NCBI GenBank assembly: GCA_964395845.1
Contig: CAYNCG010000015.1
Location: forward strand, 356 to 64,355
Length of the DNA: 64,000 nt
From: an uncultured Isosphaeraceae bacterium
GTDB taxonomy: Bacteria > Planctomycetota > Phycisphaerae > Phycisphaerales > SM1A02
Direction: 5' to 3'
In this document: in pieces, positions 29,730 to 36,879 of the stretch
How the letters are laid out: each line of letters begins with the position of its first letter
Position numbering within the stretch: the stretch's first letter is position 1
Notes under the pieces: model-generated
What the model was told of the DNA's origin: nothing
Databases searched by the model: none
The model's input: only the letters and a program-made list of their open reading frames with translations
Program-made: the position numbers and the translations under genes

Positions 29730-30740
29730 TCAGATGCCAATCAGGCGTGTGCACACGATTGCTGCAAGAATGTTGAGCAGAATGTTCCACGCCGCGTGCA
29801 GTACGAACTTGCGGCCGAGCTGGCGATTGGTGTCCTCCAGCCTTGCAAGACGTTTCTTGTCGCCGCTCGTGAACTCGAAGACGACGCGCGCGCCCTCCAA
29901 GGCTGCCAGCGACTTGAAGACCAATCCAGCACACACCTGCGAGCCCTTCTGGGCCAACCTGAGCAGCGCGACGCCCAAGAGCACTGCAGCTCCGACTAGG
30001 TGCGCGGGGGCCCCCTCGGGGTACCAGTAGTTGGATGCCCACAGAAGTGCCGAGATCAGCAGGAGCGTGCACGAAACGAAGAGCCAGTAGTCGAGGATCG
30101 TCGCGACAAGCTGCCGCTTTGACTTGAACCAGAACCAAGGGTCCGCAATCAGCTTCGGCGATTTGCGGCCGTCGTACCACTCTGAAACGACGTTAATGAG
30201 CTCCTTGCTGAGGGTGGCGTTGATGAAGTCGACGCGACAGAACGCTGGCGCTGAGAAGAGGTCCACCTGATCAAACTCGTCAGGGTTGCCCGAAGCGATC
30301 ATCTGCAGGACACGGCCCGGCTTGAGATCCCGGGATACGCGGAAGATCAGCGTGTGGCGCTGCGGGGCTTTGTAACCGGGAATATCGACCATGAAGTCCC
30401 ACTTGACAACGACTTCCTCGATGCACTCCTGTTGCTGCCAGTGGTGGCTCTCGAACTCGAGCCAAGTTCCGAACTCGTTGAAGTGCGAGCTCTCGAAGGA
30501 AACTTTCACGGTGGTGGCGGATGCATCAATCTGGTGCGTATCGAGCTTCCGCTCAACACATTGATTCAGCTCGAGAAAGTCATGAGGGGAGAGATGTGCC
30601 GCCTCGGTATAGACCTTTATCCGCGAGTCAGGACGGCCTGCGTAGAGGTAGAAAAGAGAGCGAAGGCGGTCCTTCGGGATAGCGGCAACGAGCTCAGTAC
30701 CGGCGTCACCTGGGTGTTCAAGATTATTTGCATTCGGCAT
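29730..30740 (-). CDS. Hypothetical membrane protein (soluble N-terminal ~190 aa domain plus C-terminal multi-TM region)
   Basis: 336 aa and markedly AT-richer than the flanks. The C-terminus has several hydrophobic helices. No domain recognised. Confidence 0.7.
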   Translation of the reverse strand: MPNANNLEHPGDAGTELVAAIPKDRLRSLFYLYAGRPDSRIKVYTEAAHLSPHDFLELNQCVERKLDTHQIDASATTVKVSFESSHFNEFGTWLEFESHHWQQQECIEEVVVKWDFMVDIPGYKAPQRHTLIFRVSRDLKPGRVLQMIASGNPDEFDQVDLFSAPAFCRVDFINATLSKELINVVSEWYDGRKSPKLIADPWFWFKSKRQLVATILDYWLFVSCTLLLISALLWASNYWYPEGAPAHLVGAAVLLGVALLRLAQKGSQVCAGLVFKSLAALEGARVVFEFTSGDKKRLARLEDTNRQLGRKFVLHAAWNILLNILAAIVCTRLIGI

Positions 30741-30830
30741 CTGCTTCTCGATTGACTGGTGGCCCTAACTTGCAATGGTCGAGAGAACGCCCCTCGTCGT
30801 CATTGAGAGTATCGACGGCGTAGGCTGATC

Positions 30831-31107
30831 GCAATCGCGTTATGGGTTTTTGCGGGCTGGCTGTCGCACGCGGGATATGGGTTTTCGCGGGATGCTCTCC
30901 GCCCATGGCATCGGAGTTCGTGCAGCCTCATCGCCGCTCACGGCACATGCGGGCTTGCAGGATGGCCGCCGCTTGCGGCATACGGGTTTTTGCAGGCTGA
31001 CCGCGGCTTGCGGCATATGGCGGTTTGCATGCTGGACGCCCTGTGCGGCATATGGGCTTTTGCGGGCCGACCGCGAGTTGCGGCATATGGGTTTTTGCAC
31101 GCTGGGG
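30831..31107. repeat. Non-coding tandem array, 35-bp unit x8
   Basis: Head-to-tail units start at 30831, 30866, 30901, 30933, 30968, 31003, 31038 and 31073. The core is GCGGCATATGGGTTTTTGC(R)GGCTG(R)CC. The period is not a multiple of 3 and no spacers are present. Confidence 0.85.
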
Positions 31108-31176
31108 GCGGACGCTCTGGGATCCGAGGGTGCGCGAGCAGCGGTTGCGTGTGAGGCTGCTGGTGGTCCCCGCAAG

Positions 31177-31292
31177 CTGCCGCTTGTCGTCCGCGCGGGC
31201 TGCTGCTGGTCGGCCGCGTGGGCTGCCCGCTTGTCGTCCGCCCATACTGCCGCTTTTGGTCCGCGCGTGCTCCGGCTGGTCGTCTGCGTATG
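31177..31292. repeat. Non-coding tandem array, 23-bp unit x5 (degenerate copies on both sides)
   Basis: Units CTGCCGCTTGTCGTCCGCGCGGG / CTGCTGCTGGTCGGCCGCGTGGG / CTGCCCGCTTGTCGTCCGCCCATA / CTGCCGCTTTTGGTCCGCGCGTG / CTCCGGCTGGTCGTCTGCGTATG. Confidence 0.6.
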
Positions 31293-31346
31293 CGGTACGG
31301 GGTCGTGCTTGCGTTCCGCTTCGGGTTGCGCAGCCTGGCTTCGGTG

Positions 31347-32666
31347 TCATCCGCGCATCGGGCCGTAGAGCGTGACGGCGGCGAAGATCGCCTGCTGGAT
31401 GGCGAGCGCGAGGAGGCACCATCGGGTCAGTCCGCGCTTTGGAAGCGTCGTCGCGAGCCAGACGAGCGTCAGGAGCACCATCGGGTCGTAGTAGCGCTGG
31501 AAGATCTGGGCGTTCGCGACATGCGCGGCGATGAAGCCGGCGAGCGCTGCGAGGATCACGAGCGCTGCGTGCTTCCCCCCTGCCGGTTCGAGCTCGAGGA
31601 ACAGGGCTGTGATGACGAGCAGTCCCGCCGAGCCGCCGAAGAGGAGGACCACCGAGCGGTCGCCGATGAGGGGCATCCGTTCGACGAGCGTCCAGAGCCA
31701 CCCGCCGTTGCGGCCCGCTTCGAGACTCGCGTCGCTCGGTCCGAGCGCCGCAAGGCCCGCACCGGCGATGGCGATGGCGATCAGCGTGCCGCGTCGGGCG
31801 GCAAGCCGCCGGGTGCCGTCGACGACCGCCGGCAGCAAACAGATGCCGTAGGCCGCAATGAGGGTGAGCGTGTAGCCGATCGCCGCTGGGTTCGCGCCGC
31901 TCGCGTGGAGCGTCCGGAAGCGCGGCGGGACGAGCCCCTGCCAGAGCAGCACGAAGCCGATGAGGACCGCGCAGGGCAGGATCGCCGCGCCGGCGACGGC
32001 GAGCGTGTTTCGGCGCCCGCCCAGCCACCAACTCGCCGCGAGCGGGGCGAGGAGCCAAAGATTGATCTGCCGGGTCGCGACGGCGAGCGCTCCGGCCGCG
32101 CCGGTCAGGAGTCGCGAGCCGGTCTGCACGCTGCCGAACGCGCTCAGACCGATCGCGATCGCGACGAGGGTGAGCGACAGGTTGTCGGTCATCATCCAGA
32201 TCGCGTTGCCGAGCACATAGGGCGAGAGCAGCACCGGCACCGCGCAGGCGACCGCGAAGAGCGGATCGGCGCGGCGCCGAGCGCCGAGATAGACGACAAC
32301 GGCGAGCGTCCACGCGAACAGGGCGCTCGTCGCCTGCAGCGGAATCGATGTCTCGTCGCCCGACCCCACGCCGACGAGTCGCGCCGCCCCGGCCATGAGC
32401 CAGTGGTAGAGCGGCCCCGTCGCCGAGTTGTAGTCGCTCAGGTTGACCAGCGGCCAGGACTGGGCCCACTCGCGAACGAGCGGCAGGTGGAAGAAGCGGT
32501 GGTCGTACGCCTTGGGACCGAGCACGCCACCGAGGATCGGCGGCAGCGTGAGCGCGAGCGTCGCGGCGAGCAGGGCAACGATCGCGAGGACATCGCGCGG
32601 GCCGAGGGCCGCCGCGCCCGTCGATCGCGCCGCAGCGGGCGGTCGTGACTCCGGCGCCGCGCTCAT
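31347..32666 (-). CDS. Multi-pass membrane protein, GT-C-type glycosyltransferase-like
   Basis: 439 aa with about 11 hydrophobic helices and an early loop (DHRFFHLPLVREW). It overlaps the upstream UbiA-family gene by 4 nt. Family assignment is tentative. Confidence 0.6.
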   Translation of the reverse strand: MSAAPESRPPAAARSTGAAALGPRDVLAIVALLAATLALTLPPILGGVLGPKAYDHRFFHLPLVREWAQSWPLVNLSDYNSATGPLYHWLMAGAARLVGVGSGDETSIPLQATSALFAWTLAVVVYLGARRRADPLFAVACAVPVLLSPYVLGNAIWMMTDNLSLTLVAIAIGLSAFGSVQTGSRLLTGAAGALAVATRQINLWLLAPLAASWWLGGRRNTLAVAGAAILPCAVLIGFVLLWQGLVPPRFRTLHASGANPAAIGYTLTLIAAYGICLLPAVVDGTRRLAARRGTLIAIAIAGAGLAALGPSDASLEAGRNGGWLWTLVERMPLIGDRSVVLLFGGSAGLLVITALFLELEPAGGKHAALVILAALAGFIAAHVANAQIFQRYYDPMVLLTLVWLATTLPKRGLTRWCLLALAIQQAIFAAVTLYGPMRG

Positions 32667-33667
32667 CCGGCGCGTCCCGTGATCGGCGGGCCGCCGCGCA
32701 CCGAGCCGACATCGGTGAGGAAGAGATCCCCAAGCAGTCCGGCGACCTGCGGGACATAGAGCGTCACCACGACGCCGATGATGAAGAGGCCGAGCGCGAC
32801 GGCCACCGAGCGGTCCTCGGTCAGCGCCGCGAGCGGACTGTCGGAGAGGGCCTCGTTCGCCCGGCGGAAGAACCGATGGACGACGATGAGGACGAGCGGC
32901 GTCAGCATCGCGAAGCCGACCGCCCGCACGCCGAAGAGCTGCTGGGCGTGGAAGCTCAAGGCGTACATGAGGTACATCAGGACGGTGAGCGTGCCGCTGA
33001 TGCCGAGAAGCCAGTTCAATTCAAATGGATTGTCGTAGCCGGCCCGGCTCTTCCACTCGGTCGCCCCGGCCTTGCGGGCGCTCGTCAGGTCGCAGAGCCG
33101 CTTGATGAACCCGAGGTAGAGCGTCAACGAGAAGACGCAGGCGATGAGCCAGGGCGAGATCTGCGTCTCGATCGCGAGCGCTCCGCACGCCGCCCGAAGG
33201 GAGAAACCGAGCGCGAGCGTCGTGACATCGACGAAGATCACCCGCTTGAGCTTCAGGTTGTAGAGCGCCTGCAGGATCGCATAGACGACCAGACAGGTCC
33301 CCGCCCCTTCGTTCGCGATGAACCCGAGGAGGATGCCGGCCGCGAGGAGCGAGAGGCCCACCGTCGCCGCCGCCCGCGGTGCGATCGCCCCGGAGGCGAC
33401 GGGCCTGAGCCGCTTGACCGGGTGGAGCCGATCGCTCGCCGCGTCGAGGGCGTCGTTCAGCATGTAGAAGCCGCTCGCCGCGAGACAAAAGGCCGCGAAG
33501 GCCAGCGCCGTATCGAGGAGCTTCCCGAGTATCGAGGCCACTTCCTCCGGACCCTCGATCGGGAGCTGGCTCGGTGCCCAGAACAGGATCGCGATCAGGA
33601 CGAAGGTGTTCTTCGTCCAGTCACCCGGCCGGGCGAGGCGGATCCAGTGGCGGAGGGAACTCGGCAT
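32663..33667 (-). CDS. UbiA-family prenyltransferase, decaprenyl-phosphate phosphoribosyltransferase-like
   Basis: NDALDAASDRLHP (NDxxDxxxD) motif in a multi-TM protein. The start was set at the internal ATG (MPSSLRHW), which leaves a divergent intergenic region to sdhB. Confidence 0.8.
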   Translation of the reverse strand: MPSSLRHWIRLARPGDWTKNTFVLIAILFWAPSQLPIEGPEEVASILGKLLDTALAFAAFCLAASGFYMLNDALDAASDRLHPVKRLRPVASGAIAPRAAATVGLSLLAAGILLGFIANEGAGTCLVVYAILQALYNLKLKRVIFVDVTTLALGFSLRAACGALAIETQISPWLIACVFSLTLYLGFIKRLCDLTSARKAGATEWKSRAGYDNPFELNWLLGISGTLTVLMYLMYALSFHAQQLFGVRAVGFAMLTPLVLIVVHRFFRRANEALSDSPLAALTEDRSVAVALGLFIIGVVVTLYVPQVAGLLGDLFLTDVGSVRGGPPITGRAG

Positions 33668-33875
33668 GCGGAAGGGTGTGGCGTGGCCGTCGGGATCCAC
33701 CAGAAGCCGACAGGCGGACGCGAGACCGGGAGTGTCCCTTATCGGCGCTGCTCTGGGGGGATGTCCAGTCGCCGGCCGAGACCCCGACGACCCCCAGACA
33801 CCACCAGACACCGCGACGACCGTCCGCCACAGCCAAGTCCCCTCTACAATCCGCCTCCCTTTCGGTTCGACACCC

Positions 33876-34697
33876 ATGGTTGCCCCCACCACCGCCTCCG
33901 GCTCATCCTCCTCGGCCCGCACGGTCCGCTTCCGCATCCTGCGGCGGGACAACCCCACCGCCGCGACCCGCTGGGAGGAGTTCGATGTGCCGGTCGAACC
34001 GGGAGCGAACATCATCTCCTGCCTCCAGTGGATCGCCGCCAACCCGCGGACCGTCGACGGTCGCGAATCGAGCCCGGTCGTCTACGACAGCGGCTGCCTG
34101 GAGGAGGTCTGCGGCTCCTGCACCATGGTCATCAACGGCCGCGTCCGCCAGAGCTGCTCGGCCCTGATCGACACGCTGCTCGCCGAGTCCGGCACGAATG
34201 TCGTCACCCTCGAGCCGATGTCGAAGTTCCCGACGCTCCGCGACCTCTCGGTCGATCGCTCGCGCTTCTTCGACGCCCTCAAGCGGGCGAAGGCCTGGGT
34301 TCCCGTCGACGGCACCTACCACCTCGGCGGCGGCCCGAAGGAGTCGCCGAAGGAGCAGGAGACGCGCTATGTCCTCTCGACCTGCATGAGCTGCGGCTGT
34401 TGCCTCGAGGCGTGCCCGCAGTACAACCTCGAGGAGGAGAAGGAGAAGTGGCCCTCCTCCTTCGTCGGCGCCGCGGTCATCAGCCAGATCCGACTCTTCA
34501 ACATGCACCAGACCGGCAAGGAGCACGCCGGCGAGCGCCTCGATCTCCTCATGGGTCCGGGCGGCATCAACGACTGCGGCAACTCGCAGAACTGCGTGAA
34601 GGTCTGCCCGAAGGAAATCCCGCTCACCGAGTCGATCGCCGCCATCGGCCGGGCGACGACGGTCCACGCGATCAAGCGCTTCTTCACCGGTCGGTGA
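33876..34697 (+). CDS. sdhB: Succinate dehydrogenase/fumarate reductase iron-sulfur subunit
   Basis: 2Fe-2S segment (CLEEVCGSCTMVINGRVRQSC) and 4Fe-4S/3Fe-4S motifs (CMSCGCCLEACP, CGNSQNCVKVCP). Confidence 0.8.
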   Translation: MVAPTTASGSSSSARTVRFRILRRDNPTAATRWEEFDVPVEPGANIISCLQWIAANPRTVDGRESSPVVYDSGCLEEVCGSCTMVINGRVRQSCSALIDTLLAESGTNVVTLEPMSKFPTLRDLSVDRSRFFDALKRAKAWVPVDGTYHLGGGPKESPKEQETRYVLSTCMSCGCCLEACPQYNLEEEKEKWPSSFVGAAVISQIRLFNMHQTGKEHAGERLDLLMGPGGINDCGNSQNCVKVCPKEIPLTESIAAIGRATTVHAIKRFFTGR

Positions 34698-34727
34698 CGA
34701 ACACTCGATGTTGCTCGACGCGTCCAG

Positions 34728-34974
34728 ATTCACCACAGAGGACACAGAGAGCACAGAGGGGGCACAGAGGAAGAGGTGGCGGGGTCTCGCGGTCGTGGGC
34801 AGCGACACGCGGTCGAGCGGCGCTCGCGATCGCGCATGCAGCAACGAGGCCGTGGACCGAGGAGCGAGGGTGACTGTGCAACCAGCTCAAGATCGCCGCA
34901 GGCTACCTCCAACGCATGGGCACGGAGTTTCCTCTCTGTGCCTCCTCTGTGCCCTCTGTGTCCTCTGTGGTGAA
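34728..34974. repeat. CACAGAGG-repeat inverted pair (about 45-bp arms, about 156-bp core)
   Basis: The arm at 34728-34774 (TTCACCACAGAGGACACAGAGAGCACAGAGGGGGCACAGAGG...) is a near-perfect reverse complement of 34931-34974. A partial third copy lies at 35004-35023. The element sits between the convergent sdhB and ABC permease genes. Confidence 0.8.
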
Positions 34975-35033
34975 TGAACCGCGCGAAGAGTGCAGAAGGC
35001 GATGTGCCTCTGTGGTTCTCTGGATCACCGCAC

Positions 35034-36824
35034 TCACGCGCGGAACATCTGGCCCATCTTCTTGCCGAGCACGATGCTGGCCCCGACGAGGCAGACGGCG
35101 AGGAGCGCCATGCCCCACACGCCGAGGGCGCTTGCGACATAGGGGCCGTCGCCCAGGCGATCCGCGAAGGTGTAGATCGCCTTCGTGATCGGGAAGTGCA
35201 TCTCGCGCTGGGCGAGGATGAGCGAGTCGCTCACCTCGAGCATCGCGAACGCGAAGGCCAGGAGGCCGCCGGCGACGAGGTTCGCGACGATGAGCGGCAG
35301 CACGATCCGGCGGGTCATCGTGAAGCGACTCGCTCCGAGGTTGAGTGCAGCCTCCTCGAGTTCGACTGAGGTCTGCTCGAGTCCCGCGACGGCGGAGCGG
35401 ACGACATAGGGCAGCCGGCGAATCGCGTAGGCAAGCACGAGGAGCGGCAGCGGATTCGGCTCCGCCCCAAGGACATCGCCGAGCGGCTTCAGGGGTGCAC
35501 TGTTCAGCCACTCGACCGCCCCTGCCGGGAGCCACGAAAGAAGCGGTGCGAGCCACGCGGGCATCGCCCCGTGGAATGGCCACTCGAGGCTCATCGCGAC
35601 ATAGCCGAAGGCCATGACGAGGCCGGGCACGGCCAGCGGAAGCATCACCAGCGCGTCGAGCAGCCAGCGGCCGGCGATCTTGGTGCGGACGAGGAGCCGG
35701 GCGACGAGCACGCCCACGAAGAGGTCGAGGAGGACCGCGGTGCCGGCGAGGAGCAGGCTGTTCCGGATCGCGCCCGCGGCGAGCGGATGGGTCAGTGCCG
35801 TCTCGAAGTGGCCGAGCGTCCAGGTCGAGGGCAGCGCGGTGCGATACCACTGCCCGCTGGCGGTGAAGCTCGTCAGGATCACCCCGATGTGCGGGAGGAC
35901 CGCGAGGCCGCCGACGCAGAGGAAGACGAGATTCGCCCCAAAGGCCCGGCTGCCGGTGAGCTTCGCTTCGCGATTCCCGACCGACGCCTTCGAGTACATC
36001 GCATAGCTCTGCCGGCCGAGCAGCGTCTTCCCGAGCAGGTAGAACGCGACGGCGCAGGCCAGCATCACCGCGGTCAGCGCGTAGGGCTGCCGCGAGGTCT
36101 CCATTTCCTTGATGCCGTTGAAGATCTGGACCGGCGTGACATCGTAAAACTCGAGCAGGAGCGGCGTCCCGAGTTCGGTGAAGCTCCAGATGAAGACGAT
36201 CGTCGCCCCGGCGAAGAGCCCCGGACGCACGAGCGGCAGCACGATGCGGCGCAGTCGCGTCCAGCGATTCGCCCCGAGATTGGTGGCCGCGTCCTCGAGC
36301 GCCGGATCGAGATTCGCGAGTGCCGCCGCGAGATTCAGGTAGAGGATCGGATAGAGGGCGAAGGCTTCGAGCAGGACGATGAGGACGAATCCGCCCTTGC
36401 CGAGAAAGTCGACCGGCGTCTCGACGATGCCGAGGCCCATGAGGATCGCGTTGATCGACCCGCCCTGTCCGAGGAGCTGCCGCAGGCCGATCGCCCCGAC
36501 GAAGGGCGGGAGGATGAGCGGAGCGAGGAGAAGCGTCGAGACCGCGGTCTTCCCGCGCCAAGTCGCCCGGCTCGAGAGGAGCGCCAGCGGGAAGGCGATG
36601 AGCGTCGCGACGATCGTGACGCAGATCGCGATGCTCGCGGCGTTCAGAAGGCCGTTCCGCCAGACCGGATTCCGCAGCGTCTCGACGAGGGCGTGGGTGA
36701 CGAATCGCCCCTGCTCGTCGATCACCGCGCCGCGCAGCGTCAGCCAGATCGGATAGACGAGGAACGCCCCGAGAAACGCGAGCAGCGCCGCAAGCAGAAG
36801 ATAGGACGACCAGCGCCCACGCAT
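35034..36824 (-). CDS. ABC transporter permease, duplicated (two BPD-type domains; iron(III)/thiamine-type)
   Basis: 596 aa with about 12 TM helices and two EAA-like loops (LEDAATNLGANRWTRLRRIVLP and LEEAALNLGASRFTMTRRIVLP). Confidence 0.8.
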   Translation of the reverse strand: MRGRWSSYLLLAALLAFLGAFLVYPIWLTLRGAVIDEQGRFVTHALVETLRNPVWRNGLLNAASIAICVTIVATLIAFPLALLSSRATWRGKTAVSTLLLAPLILPPFVGAIGLRQLLGQGGSINAILMGLGIVETPVDFLGKGGFVLIVLLEAFALYPILYLNLAAALANLDPALEDAATNLGANRWTRLRRIVLPLVRPGLFAGATIVFIWSFTELGTPLLLEFYDVTPVQIFNGIKEMETSRQPYALTAVMLACAVAFYLLGKTLLGRQSYAMYSKASVGNREAKLTGSRAFGANLVFLCVGGLAVLPHIGVILTSFTASGQWYRTALPSTWTLGHFETALTHPLAAGAIRNSLLLAGTAVLLDLFVGVLVARLLVRTKIAGRWLLDALVMLPLAVPGLVMAFGYVAMSLEWPFHGAMPAWLAPLLSWLPAGAVEWLNSAPLKPLGDVLGAEPNPLPLLVLAYAIRRLPYVVRSAVAGLEQTSVELEEAALNLGASRFTMTRRIVLPLIVANLVAGGLLAFAFAMLEVSDSLILAQREMHFPITKAIYTFADRLGDGPYVASALGVWGMALLAVCLVGASIVLGKKMGQMFRA

Positions 36825-36879
36825 GAGGGGCGGCAGTCTACCCGACCGGCTCCGGCAGGCCGCCGAGATTCAGTTCCCG

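Noticed and set aside
30831-31107. 35-bp repeat array as a CRISPR array
   Set aside because: The units are contiguous head-to-tail with no unique spacers of comparable length. No cas genes or leader-like region are present in the window.
30928-32757. 609-aa minus-strand ORF and 476-aa plus-strand ORF (31218..32648) overlapping the GT-C-like gene and the tandem repeats
   Set aside because: Arg/Pro/Ala-rich translations that run through non-coding tandem repeats. The 439-aa frame (31347..32666) has a coherent multi-TM pattern and was preferred.
32645-34873. 742-aa plus-strand ORF spanning the UbiA gene antisense and into sdhB
   Set aside because: This is an off-frame or antisense artefact. 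It is highly charged and low-complexity, and it conflicts with two motif-supported genes.
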